A stretch of DNA of 64,000 bases from Fistulifera solaris (lineage: Eukaryota). The position numbers were made by a program, and so were the translations under genes. The DNA lies in NCBI GenBank assembly GCA_030295235.1, contig AP026126.1, positions 248,001 through 312,000 on the forward strand. Direction: 5' to 3'. Each line of letters begins with the position of its first letter. Positions within the stretch are counted from its first letter, which is position 1. The notes under the pieces were generated by a model. That model made no database searches and had not been told where the DNA came from. It saw only the letters and a program-made list of their open reading frames with translations. This document shows positions 1-12,000 of this stretch, piece by piece.

Positions 1-168
1 CTACAACGAGCGAGTGCAACAAGAAGAGGGGAAAACGGTCGAGCAAATTACGGTGGATAATGTGGGAAGATCGACCCGAAACGGCATTTAGAAGCCAGTG
101 TCATAGATTTGATGAGTTCTAACATTATTCAGTGTCTGGGAACCATGTTAGACACGGTTGTTTTTTAA
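1..168 (+). CDS. RPN11: 26S proteasome lid deubiquitinase Rpn11/PSMD14, C-terminal fragment (partial at window edge; 1-nt frameshift near 64-68)
   Basis: Manual translation gives [22 protein letters not shown][+1 nt][33 protein letters not shown]. This matches the conserved Rpn11 C-terminus (NVGKxDPKRHLE...MxSNIxQCLxxMLDTVVF). Confidence 0.9.
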
Positions 169-653
169 AACGTAAAGCTGCAAATGGATTGTATGTCATC
201 AACAGCAATATTGAAATGAAACACAAGTAATAGTATTAGCCATTACAGTAGAAGTTTTGTTTCGTACCTCTTGCTTGCTGAGATCAGGTAGTCTTGTTCT
301 TGGATAGACGGAAATAGAGCGCTATGATGCGGGTGTTCGAGCCGTCGCGTTCCTGAAAATAGACCACTTCACTGAAAATCACGGGTTTTACTCTGTGCTT
401 CATCTGAAACGGCAAGTACCGGTACTCCTCTTCCCCACACCCTACCAGTAGGATGTCGAGTCGACAATCTCGCCAGATCCGAGACGCTTGGTTTTGATTC
501 TCATTCATACGTTTCATGCTTTGTGCGGAACAAGTAAAGACGCATTGGGCCTCTCCACCAAAATGACAAGCAAGTCAACCTTTACGTTGCTCATAAAATG
601 ATTTATTTATAGTTGATTATATCTTCAGCTACCGATCTCTTCACCATGACGCT

Positions 654-1706
654 TCACTCCTCTGATTGTGCCGCCTTCCACTTGATGTAGTCTGCCTTCT
701 GCTGTGCCAAGCGTTCCATCATGCCAAAGTAATCAAATTTGAGAGAACCCTTCCCTCGGTTCGAGCATTTGCCTTCTTCTGGATAGAATCTATCATGATC
801 TGCCGTTCCACTCAAAAACGTAGGAATGTCGTCCTCTCCGTTCATCAATAGATCCGCAAGCTTGGGCTTGGCCTGATCGATTCCCATCAACATGACTTTC
901 GAGGCGAGTCTTCCCGGCATCAGTGGCAGCAGTAGATTCATTACAAATTGAACAATGCTGCTGACTGGAGCAGAGATAAGGAGACTGAGACGATCCGGAT
1001 AACCACGAACCAAGGCCTTTAGCGTATTAATCATGAATTGAGGGTTCGGCGGCGGAGGAGACCCACTGTCTGCCACCACGACAAAATCGGTGACACCATC
1101 GGGCATGGAACGAATACCCGCATCCGCAAACAAAATCAAGGCATCGACTTCGGCATCGACGTTTGGATACCAAGGCTTGCGATTTGTTCGAATCCACATG
1201 ACGGGTCGACCATCTTTGGTAAACCCGTGCCAGTAGACAGAACCCGTGTTCAGACTGGTGACAAGTGCCTGTGCTTTCGACAATTTGTCCGGCTGTTCGG
1301 TGGCTTCCGGAGAGTACGGATCACCGTTCGCCAGATTGACAAGATCCTCCATCTCCGGTGCACCTGCCTCTTTACGCCATTGCATAACGTGAGTGAGCTT
1401 TTCCTGGGAGTATTCCAGAGGACGTCGCTTCTTGGGGTCTTTTGAGTAAGGTTTCGATGCGACCGAACGAATGTACGCGTCCGACAGATACATTGCATCC
1501 TCCGGAAAATCCGTGGCGATCGCAGCTCGTAATGTCGCAAGTTCTTCATCTGTTACGGCGAATTCACCTCGAACGCCTTCGTCTGCGTCTTCCTGTAAAG
1601 CATCTTCGAAGTCGTTGTCTACTTCAGCAGACATTTGTGCTTTCACTTCATCCTCGTTGTACTTGGCCGGCTCGGGCTCGGATGAGAAACCCAGCAAATT
1701 GAACAT
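654..1706 (-). CDS. CRAL-TRIO (Sec14-like) lipid-binding domain protein
   Basis: Intact ORF with first ATG at 1706. Motifs YWHGFTKDGRPVMWIR and GYPDRLSLLISAP are typical of CRAL-TRIO. Confidence 0.8.
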   Translation of the reverse strand: MFNLLGFSSEPEPAKYNEDEVKAQMSAEVDNDFEDALQEDADEGVRGEFAVTDEELATLRAAIATDFPEDAMYLSDAYIRSVASKPYSKDPKKRRPLEYSQEKLTHVMQWRKEAGAPEMEDLVNLANGDPYSPEATEQPDKLSKAQALVTSLNTGSVYWHGFTKDGRPVMWIRTNRKPWYPNVDAEVDALILFADAGIRSMPDGVTDFVVVADSGSPPPPNPQFMINTLKALVRGYPDRLSLLISAPVSSIVQFVMNLLLPLMPGRLASKVMLMGIDQAKPKLADLLMNGEDDIPTFLSGTADHDRFYPEEGKCSNRGKGSLKFDYFGMMERLAQQKADYIKWKAAQSEE

Positions 1707-2269
1707 GAGATCTTCCTTTCCTTTCTTAACTCGTGCACCGAAAGAGGTTATTCTCACGAGCAATCGATGAGAATGGCGATGATGATGGCTTTATTTCTTC
1801 GCGTGACTTGCACACTTTTTTCTCGTTGCGTTTCTACGTGCTTTTGTAGCTGCTTGTTTGAGGTCAGCAATGGCTCGAACTTCGAACGAAGTCGACCGTG
1901 CGTGCCGCGCCCGTCGGTCCATAATGAGTGTTCACTACTGCGCATCGGTACTAAATTACTCGAAGTAATTCGAGTTCCGATCAGCAACAGATTAACGGTC
2001 ATTTTGCCGGTCTTGTCCTCGTCCGGCAAGCACTGAGTCCTGAGTTTTGACAGGTCGTGAGTCGTGACCAACATTGGGATGTGCTCACGCTCAAAAATTG
2101 CAGTCCACGCGTTTACGCTCAAAAACTGCATCACATTCACGATGACGCTGACAATAAACTGCCTGTTAGCAGACCATTAACGAATCAACGCACAATCGAC
2201 TTGTTCAGGTAGCTCTTTAGGTTGGCTATCTGTGAACAAAAGCGGCTCTTTATTGTCTCTTATGAAAAA

Positions 2270-3390
2270 ATGTCGATAAAGAATGACACGATTGAGCCAG
2301 TTGTGATCATCGACTGGAAAGACGTGGCTGCTTCCGAGGCAAGCCTACAAAATGACTTACTGAAGGCTTTTGGACGCGACGGGACGGGTATCATTGCCAT
2401 TCGGAATGTACCGGGCTTTGTGGAGGCGAAACGAGCCTTTCTTCCTTTGGCGCATACATTGGCGACTCTTCCCGTGGATCTTTTGGAGGCAACTTTGACA
2501 GATCCTGATTCGCTTTATAATGCGGGGTGGTCTCACGGAAAAGAAAAACTCGGAGATCAACCGGATTTTGCTAAGGGTTCTTTCTATTTTAATCCTGTTA
2601 CAGATCTTCCGGGTACGGAGGAAGACCGCATAAAGTATCCTTTGTCGTATCCCAAGAATGTGTGGCCAGATATCCCTGAATTCAAGGAACGCGCCATGCG
2701 GATTGGATGCATTATGAAAGATGCCGTTATTGCTTTGACACGTCACTTGGATACACTTGCACAATCACAAAAGACGGCATATCCTCCCTCTTTTTTACAC
2801 AACGCGATGAATGGAACCGAAAAGTGAAGGCCCGCCTGCTTTACTACTTTCCCCTGGAGTCTGACCAACCGCAACAACAAAAGAAAGATTTTTTGGATCG
2901 GGTGGCACAACGATTCCGGATTTTTGACGGCGTTGGCGGGAGACCTGTATGTGAATCATATAACAGGGACGGTGGTCGAGTGTCCAGATCCCCATGCCGG
3001 TTTGTACGTGGCGACGCGTCGTGGTACATTTCGTGTCGAGATCCCCCCGGATTGTATGGCAGTCCAAATGGGTGAGTGTACGCAAATCGTATCCGGAGGT
3101 GTCTTCTCTGCCACTCCGCATTGCGTGCGAGGAATTTCATCATCAAAGGAACAGCCCATAGCGCGTGTCAGCTTACCTTGTTTTGTAGACACTCCCCTTC
3201 ATTTCCTCTATGTGTGCCGCGCGGCTGTGACTTACAAGAAGTCATGGACGCGACTGTCCCTAGCGATCGCGTTCCACCTTTGGAGAAGCGATGGACGAAG
3301 GACGGAATGTCATTCGGAGACTTTCTCACAAAAACGTTTTCTTTGTACTACTCTTGGAATCAAAAGGATAGAGGACAAGCAGATAATTAA
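2270..3390 (+). CDS. 2-oxoglutarate/Fe(II)-dependent dioxygenase (isopenicillin N synthase-like fold); three 1-nt frameshifts (~2820, ~2890, ~3196)
   Basis: Joined frames give YNAGWSHGKEKLGDQPDFAKGSFYFNP, KARLLYYFP, the WIGWHNDSGFLTAL HxD motif, ATPHCVRG (distal His) and RVSLPCF (RxS). Confidence 0.8.
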
Positions 3391-3468
3391 TTGTAGCAAG
3401 CATAATGTTTGAAAATAACAGAATAGGAACTTTATGGGAGGGGCTTGGTCGTTGGAAAACAAAAGAGT

Positions 3469-3540
3469 TAGCACTGCAAGGTTTCGATCCTTGGACCTCT
3501 GGGTTATGAGCCCAGCACGCTTCCTCTGCGCCACAGTGCT
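3469..3540 (-). tRNA. initiator tRNA-Met (CAT)
   Basis: Reverse complement is AGCACTGTGGCGCAGAGGAAGCGTGCTGGGCTCATAACCCAGAGGTCCAAGGATCGAAACCTTGCAGTGCTA (72 nt). It has an A1:U72 pair, three consecutive G:C pairs in the anticodon stem, a CAT anticodon and an ATCGAAA T-loop, all eukaryotic initiator hallmarks. T-runs downstream fit Pol III termination. Confidence 0.96.
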
Positions 3541-3885
3541 ATTGTCAAAAGAGTCGAAAATTAAAATATAACAAATATTCTGCTTTACAAAAGGCGGGAA
3601 CGTGAAACATAGATTCATCATGTCGAGTGCACTCGTAAACATCAGCTGCAACATCACACCTTCATATCAGCATCCTGAAACCATCCTTTCATTGCAGAAC
3701 GAAACCCGTCTTTCGACGCGTTCAAAGCTGAATAACATTTTTTCCCTATTAATATCTTAACTGCAGCTCTCGCGCATTCAACTAGCTTTTTTCGTTTGCA
3801 AAAAGCGCGAGCTGAGGAGACGAGAAGGGGCGGAATTACTGATTCCATCATCCTCATATTCTTCTTGTATTACGTTACAAGCAAG

Positions 3886-6800
3886 ATGAAGAGTTCTATC
3901 GCATTCTTTGTCTTGATCTTTTACTTCAAAGCTGATTTCATTCATTCCAAAAATGCTGTTGTGCGATCTGTCAATCAGCATGTCCTACTGCAAGTAAAGA
4001 CGAACGTACTGCTTGAAATGGACAACTCGATTTCGCATGGCGAGCATATCGATTCGAATTCGATTCCTTTGCAGTGGTTTCTCCAAGTGGACGAGCTACT
4101 TTTCGACTCGACATCATCGGGAGCTTCAGAAGACTCCATAAGGCTCGACGAGCGCGTCCTGGATGTGCAGTGGAAGGACGGCGGGGCGGGAACTGCAGCT
4201 TATTCGTTACTACTTCCTTTGGAGAATTTAACGCGGCGCAGCAACCGCTCTCTTTTAATTGCTATATGGGAAAGAGATTTAGAAACGAAAAGTCGACGAT
4301 TTCTCTCGCAGCACTTGACCCAAGTCCCGAGAACGGCACCAATGCCAGGGATTCCGTCCGATCAAGATTATTCCTGGAAACCAAATACTGTCATTGAAAT
4401 GAGTATCAAATCGCGATATAGCAGAAGTGACACCCGATCGTCGGAGAATAACAAAACGGGAATCTCTACAAACTACGGATTTTGGGCTTTTGTTGTGGCG
4501 TCTGTCTACGGCTTATTTTATCTCTGGAGAGACACGCGAGCCAACCTAGTGTCACGACGATCGACTGATGAAAATGTAGAGCTTGATAATGGATGTGAGG
4601 AAGCAGAGAATAGCAATGATGAGGCGGATGAGGAAATAAGCTTAAACGCTTACGACAAGGACCGCGATAACGACGAAGGTTCTCTTTCCCCCGCTTTCGT
4701 TCTCCTTCGTAGCAGCGCTATTACTTCGGATCAGAGTGACGAAGAAGAGGAGGAAGGCTTGATCTTAGAGCGCCCTCCAAGTATGGATCGACACCTTATC
4801 AAATCGTTTCTTGAAAAGGGGTTTCGTTCGAAGATGCCTTAGAAACAGTGACTGAAAAGTATCTTATGGAGCAAAACAACCGCACAGAGAATCGTGTACC
4901 TACTGTTAACGAAATGATACATCCTTTGGAATATGATGATGCATCGCGCGCTACACAAGACTGCGCTGCGGGGGTGAATGCAACCAGTTGTGAGTCTGTT
5001 CGCGTTCCGGACACACTTAGAGTTCGTCCCACGATGTCAAATTTGAATTGCTCTGACGTCCCAGAAGACGATACATGTGGTTCTTTCGGTATCATACAAG
5101 AAAGCTTGAAGAGTGAATCGTCAGAAAGAGGAATTTGTAAGGAATTCGGTCCTAGCGACTTGCAAAGGAGCCCTGAGACTAATAGAGAAGGCGTGGTGGC
5201 TGGCGAAACGAGTTTTGACAAACCAAAGTCTTCGATAGAGTCCGATTATATGCCCGCAATGTTCGCTCTCGCGAAGATGCCATGTAAAAAGCGACCGAGG
5301 ACACGAATTTCGTCGGAACGAAAAGAATGTGCTAAGTCGAACAGCGTTCACTATGGTGTCGGGTCGCATCAATTTGAAAGTAACAGGAATCCCGTTCTCC
5401 TGAGAGCTTTTCAGAGAACGTTTGCAAGAGAGCGAAGAGCGCTTCAAGTGACGAGGAGTACGGTGGCTATCAATCAAATTCGATCGCCAGTGCTGAGCAA
5501 TATTGTCAAGGCGATTCGGGGGATGGTGTAACAGATATCGCACAAGCATCATCAATTGCTTCAGTCGGTCTATTTGAAGATGCTCAGGACAAAACTGCAC
5601 ACCATGACGGTTTTGGCACACGGTCAACGAATGCGTCCCTTGATTCTAGAATGCAGGACAACGTATATGAAGAAAAAGTTCTAGTAGAGCCACCATCGAG
5701 AGCTTTAGTCGATCCACGTGAAGAGACTCTGACTGATACTGCACGTTGTCACGTTCTCGATGAAATCTCAGCGAATGAGTCGGCAGATGATCAGGAACAT
5801 AGCATAGATTCATCTTCTTCAGTAGCTGCAGCCGTTCCTCTCGAGGACAATTGGACCCGACTTACACAGAGCGATTCTTTCGATGAAGATCCAATTGAAT
5901 TGCTTACTTATGGAAAACAGGATGTTACGAATGTTGATGATGAGAAAGAATCTGTCGAACCTTCACTAACAGCACCAGTGGGGCCGCATCAAGTTGATCG
6001 GACCGAAGCAGCACATAGTGATTCTTTCGATTCAGGTTCACCAGATGATTCGGTTGATAGCGTGGTGCAGGACGATGCGGTACACGGCGATGGTGTTGTC
6101 GTAAAACCACCGTCAAAAGTTGTAATTGAGCTACATGAAGAGGGTAGGACCGAAGCCACACAAAGTGATTCTCTTGGTAACGTTTCGGCAAATGCATCGT
6201 TTGATAAAGAGCAGGACGATGCGGCAGATTCCTGTCTCACTTCTGGTGAGAAAGTGTACTCTTTTCAGTCCGCTGACGACAAGACGAATGAAGCTAGTAG
6301 GGCAAAAGCTTGTTCTTTCGGTCCGGGCCCACCGTCAGTATGTGTTAACCATGTGGATAATGCCTACTCTCTCGAGACTAACGCTCCACGAGCTAGCGAC
6401 GACAAATCGGACAAACTGGTTGATGCGGAGAACGTTGTTTCCATCCAGCAGTCAGAAACTCATTGCTCTGCTATTTTGGGCGCAAAGCCAATGCATGTTG
6501 ATCAGGTTGTAAGCGCTCTGGCTGCCGAGGACAGAGTTACACCAGATTCCCCTTATGTTTCAACCCTTCCTCCAGACTCCAGCTCTTCATATTCTGATTC
6601 ATCAGTCGATACTGTTCGTAACAACGGTCGTGTAGAGTATGCTAAAGCGCTGCTGGAAAAATCGGCCGAATTGAAGTCTGTCGCTGGCGATGATGTTTTA
6701 GCAGAATTCGTCCCGTCGGCGGCCTTGAGAACGGCTGCTATGGCGATGAGAGACTTCAGCTTTGAGTTCGAAGGCAAAGGGAGCCGAGCGAAGCCTCTGA

Positions 6801-7249
6801 CTTTGAAAGAGCTCAATGACAACAGCAACAAGCCGAAACGATCGACGCGAGCAAGATCCTCTTCCGACAGCTGCGGGTCTTCAAAATCAAAAGCTTGTAA
6901 GGATCGAAACCCTTCCAATTTCGTATCTCCTAACCCGACGGTACAGGGGCTATTTGGTGTCATTGGAGACACCACACCAGCACTGAAAAGCGTAATGTCG
7001 CCTCCCACCACCAAGCTATTGAAACCGAAGACAGTTGATCCCCTTATCTTACAAACATTCAGGTTGGCCAAGGATGCATCGAAAAAACGAAGAATCATTT
7101 TTGATGGGAAGCCGGTCGAATCGAGCAAGAAGAGGAAGCACGTCCCACCCGACGACCCCTTTGATTTCACAGATGATGCCGAGGATCCTTTTGCTGACAA
7201 AGATGGCATTCCGCGACCGGAAGCAACTCGACCTCCGACCATTCGCTGA
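3886..7249 (+). CDS. Hypothetical large low-complexity membrane protein (signal peptide, one TM helix, long acidic Ser-rich region); assembled from ORFs 3886-4842, 4848-5531 and 5651-7249
   Basis: N-terminus MKSSIAFFVLIFYFKA is hydrophobic and YGFWAFVVASVYGLFYLW is a TM segment. Adding one G in GGGG near 4818 joins ORF1 to ORF2. Later junctions are uncertain, so this may be more than one gene. Confidence 0.45.
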
Positions 7250-7366
7250 AAATTTATCGTTCTAGTAAGTCCGTTCAACGTTCTGTTAGTTCGCAAGTAA
7301 TGTAGGACTCTAGCGTCAAATATATCTACGAATCGAGGCACCATCGATGCCGCTTCAACTCAGGCT

Positions 7367-7721
7367 ACTTTTTCAGTGGTTTTGATCGAGTTCTGATTGC
7401 TGCTCATCCAGAGTAACTTTCCAATGGTTTCTTTCCCATGGATACCAGAGTTTCGTTTAGCACTTGTCGCACTTGCTTCATTTCGGCGGTCAAGCGTTGC
7501 ATTTCGTTTTGCAGCTCCATCAATTTTGCATCCTTTCGTACCGGAGCAAAGTTCTCTATCTCTTCTTCGGAGAGTTGTTCCTTCAATTGACTTAGAATTT
7601 CTCCTTTATAATCTTGAACCAGTAGATTGTGAAGAATCAAAACGATTAGGAGCGTCGCAATTGCGCTCCTTGGTCCGCAATTTCTAGCGACAAGTCGTCG
7701 TGACGTCTCCAGCGGTTGCAT
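7367..7721 (-). CDS. Small hypothetical protein with a hydrophobic helix followed by a coiled coil
   Basis: AIATLLIVLILHNLLV is followed by the heptad-like LMELQNEMQRLTAEMKQVRQVL. A probable frameshift near 7417 extends it to ...DEQQSELDQKPLKK*. The 3' end is approximate. Confidence 0.4.
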
Positions 7722-8087
7722 TTCAGGTCGTAAGGAACGGTCTCATTTATTACTCTACTCGCGTTTTCTTTTTCAACACACAACAAGAAACTATTCTAAT
7801 CTCTTGTCGCGAAATAAAGCTCTCGTTTCATCGTCGGGCTTAAGTAAAATCATAATGGTTCTCTTTTTTTAGCTAAAACTCGTGATAGAAAAACTGCACT
7901 TAGAAAACTCTCGGTACCGGTACCGCGCTCTCACAATTTCGGTGCAAAATATTCGCTTTTTTTTTATTCCGATGCACACTCGCGAGAAGCGTCATCATAG
8001 AAACGCATTCCATTATTCCGTCTCCGCCCAGTTTCGTTCACAGAGAAAACCATTCAAAGCTCTGTTATTCATCATTGCGTCGAGATA

Positions 8088-8947
8088 ATGTTTGCGGTGC
8101 ACAATTGCCGTCCGATGACGATCATCACTGGGAGAGTGACTTTCCACAAAGTTCCGGCAGGAACCGCGAAGATCCGTCCCAAGTTTGCTTCAACGCAATC
8201 TGCTCCGAACAATGGTTTCGTCGCTTGGTACGAAGGTCACTTGGAAGCTCGTCCGGTCTTGACCAAAATGGTGACGGGCTGCTTTCTGTGGGGTATCGGT
8301 GATGCGGTGGGTCAGGTGGTTCCTCAGGTGGCTTCAGAGAACAAAAAGGACATTAGCTATGATCTTCCCCGAACCGTCCGAGCTGCTTTCTTTGGTTTCG
8401 CTTTACATGCGCCGACCAGTCATGCACATTTCAACTTTTTTGGAGTGGATGACGCAACGAGCTGGCATCACCGGATACGCCATTCCTTTTTTTAAAGCAT
8501 TCATGGAACAGGTGGGTGGAATGATTTCGTTTTGAGCGGCTTTTCTTCACTCTGATCTCACGTTTGTTTTAGTTTGTTTACTGGAGTTGGATCTCTAATT
8601 CGCTGTATCACGGTGCCATGGCTGCGCTACAAGGCTTCTCGCCTGCCGAATGTTACAAACGAATTGAAGATAATCTATGGGATACACAGATCGCTCAATG
8701 GAGTTTTTGGATCCCGATCCAGCTTCTCAACTTCCAGTTCACCCCCGTGCGACATCAACTCAACGTTGTACTGGTCACTTCTATTGTAAGTTCTCTTCGG
8801 ATGGGCAGCATGCGACCCAGTACGTCTCCTTGTAGTAGCTCACACTTTGTTTAGGTTTGGACGGCCCTTCTCTCCATGTGGTATCCACCGAAGACAGGAG
8901 GAAGCAACACCAGTGAAAGTGACGACAAAGACAAGAAGTCTGTGTGA
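8088..8947 (+). CDS. Mpv17/PMP22 family membrane protein (3 exons; frameshift in the T-run near 8436)
   Basis: Motifs WYEGHLEARPVLTKMVT, GDAVGQ, YDLPRT, WSFWIPIQLLNFQFTP and VWTALLS. GT-AG introns at ~8512-8572 and ~8786-8854. Confidence 0.88.
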
Positions 8948-9069
8948 AATTGATGTAGTTGAAATTTTATGGTTTCATTCAATTTGGAATCCTTTCTTCA
9001 ACAGTTCGCGTTTAAAATACATTTAAACGGCTAGTGGAGTAAACTCTTCTTTTAGATACTTTGCGTTCC

Positions 9070-12000
9070 TTATGTGCTGGATCCTCTCCACTCATAGAAA
9101 CCTTTGAAACGAGACTCCTCTTCAACAACTGCCCATAAAACTTTTGCAAATGCTTCATAATCGTCGAACTTCGGTAGATAGAGTCTCCGTGCGCAGGTGT
9201 TTGCTCTAGGAAGGCATGTTGGGTCGTGCACTGGCAAGAATTCGCCACTTGGGGATACTATAGGCACGATTTCAATACGTCCTGGTGTAACGATCGGAAC
9301 GCTAGTAACGAACGATAAAAACTGCCGCCGTTGCCTCGGTTTGGCTTCAAGCAATGCTTTTACCAAAAAGGAAATTGTGGGGGATGACTGTCCGAATCGA
9401 CGACTCAATGCAGCTCCGCCTTCACCTCCTATCGCTGCGACGGCGACGAGTGCCTCGGTCGCTCCTTTTCCTCCTTGAAAATTCGGCCGTGTGTAAGTAT
9501 TTTCGGGGCTCGGAAGCTTGCACTTTCATATCCGGAGCACACTTACCATTTAACTTGAAAAGCTTGCGGATAGCGCCTTCATCCCAATCATCCACATTGT
9601 CTCCGGCTCCACAGACGTCACGTTGAAGCTCTTCCGAAGTGAAAATACACAAGAACTGAAAAGGAAAAAAGTCTTGGATTCCCTGTCGGAAAGCAGCTGC
9701 TTGCATGACAACACCTTCGAACAGCATAAAATTCTTCGAGAGAGCTACCCATTCTCTGATATTGTAGATCGTAACAACCTTTTGTGTCCTCTGTGGCAAA
9801 GACGAACAGCTTCATCACCTTGCGTTGGGTCTAAAGGGTCCACGAACGTCCTGTCTTGGAAATATTCTTCGAACGAGCAATCATATGACATTCCAAATGC
9901 AAGCCTTGCAAAGTTCTTGTCCTCTGCTAGCTCTTTGTATCGACGCTGCAGCTCTACACTGGTCAAGGGAGGCTCAGAACCGTCGAGATCGTCCAACGCT
10001 CGACAAATGTGTAAATCGGCTGCATACACTTCGCCCCCTAAAAAGCCGGGTCGAGGAAGATCTGCTGCTGTGAGCAAAATATCACGCGAGGGTAATACTT
10101 TGGAGTCCAAAAATCCTGAAGCTTCTTCAACGGGTGCGTATTGTACCAAGCGTAAGAAGGAAGCACTGATTGGTAAAGGAAACATAAATCCATCCCTCAT
10201 CGCAGCTGCAAATAAGCGCCCCATAAATCGGAAAGCTTGTTGTACCTCGGGAAGTCGAGGGTGATAACAAGGAAGAGGTCTTGGGTAAACTCCAAGACAA
10301 CTACGTAAGTCGGCCCTTGGTGTTGGAATGATTACTTGACCACTGGCATCCATATCAGGAATCCAAAGCGGCAGTCTGGTTGTTTCGTTATCTGCTTCCC
10401 CGAATACACAAGTTCTTTTGATATTCGCAACATCTTCAGGAATTGCATCGCATTTCGACGACGGTAAAACGCTCGCAATTGTTTCGCTGTTTAGTAAGGC
10501 TTCAGCAACGTCGGCGTAGAAGCCTCGTGTGACACCAGCCTCGTCACCAGAAGCGGCGTCAAATCCTGATTCACCAGCAAATCGGACTTCGAGACGACGC
10601 CTATTGATTTCCGTATCAGTAGCATACTTTTCCATCACGTGGGCGGCGTCTGATAGGAGTTTTTCTCGTCTCACGGCAGCTTTGACAACTTCTAAGGAGT
10701 GTTCCTGCCATTTTGCTGACCGGAAAGCAGATCTCACTCGCGCCGCAAGAGCCTCTTCCATTCCATAGAGTTCATCGGCCTGAAGTTGGAGTGCAGTTGG
10801 ATCCTCTGCACCACCTGAAAATGCCTCTCCCATCAATTCTACCGCTCGACCCCTCAAGGCTGCCATTCGCTGACGTAGTTTACCGACGTCTATTTTGCTC
10901 TCTTGTTGCTTGAGAATGCCTCGTGATACGCCAAAAGCGGCTCGTTGGAGTAACAGTTGTCTAGAGGCGTAGCTGAAAACACGGGGTGAAAAGGACGGAC
11001 CAAATATGCACCATCTCGGAAGAGCGCCGCCCACGACACAAAGGGCATCATCTAGTTGGTTTGACAGTTTTCTTGATAGCGTCACATTCGCAAATCTGGG
11101 AATATTCGGTCTATCTACATCCGTACCTTCGGATGTGTCGCTTGTGTGCTGCGCTAAAACTCCGATGATTTCCATGCATTGCAAGCAGATAGTGTCGAAG
11201 CCGTTACAAAGATTTCCGTTTTTTGTTTCAACTTCAAGCGAAGGAGATCGTGCAGAGATTTTTCGACATCTAGATGTACGGTCGGGTGACCACGCCATAT
11301 TGTCATCGAACGCAGGCTCTCTGAGTCTCTCGCACGAAGGTGTTTTCGTTGGTGATGGTAATGGTACGGACGATGAAGTTTTCGGCCAATAAGTAGTTGT
11401 AGAATGATCGTACTCGATTCTCACTGTGAAGTCCAACTTGCACAATGAGTATGTAGCCCAGTCCATCCCTTTTGTTTGGTTCAAACTAAGCAACGTTTGG
11501 GCGAGGGAATCTGATCTAGTCGTCACGATAGAAGGGTGCCCCATTTTATCTTTGGCGGTGATCACCACTGATATTCTGGGAGGATTTTCCACGGTAGATG
11601 CATCGCCAAACAGAGTTACGGTCACCATGCCAATCTCACATGACCACCACCGATTTCCAACACTGCTCGCTCGGAGTGTGTCTGTTTCATTCGAAACTAC
11701 TTCCGGGACTTTGATGTCGAGTGGGCGGAGATTAGAACTAAGCGAAATGGCTGACCAGGTTCTTCGAAGACAAGTTTTTCGAGGAACAGCAACCGTATTC
11801 TCCACACTTCGCCGCCGTACTGCAAAAGGAAATGGGAGCCCTCTTCTGAGCGATGCTCTATAACTTGTCTGACTACCGTCATTTTGGTCACTAAGGTTCT
11901 CGCGGTCTTGAAAATGAATTTCTGTTGCCGGAACATCTTTAATCACAACACCGTCATCTGATACTAGCACTGCAAGGAGATTCGAGGCAGAATCAACGTC

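Noticed and set aside
284..517. 77-aa minus-strand ORF between Rpn11 and the CRAL-TRIO gene
   Set aside because: No recognisable motif. It lies in the 3' flanks of two convergent genes and cannot be supported without expression data.
3310..3857. Minus-strand ORFs of 115 and 67 aa
   Set aside because: The longer one overlaps the tRNA-iMet and both lack protein-like motifs.
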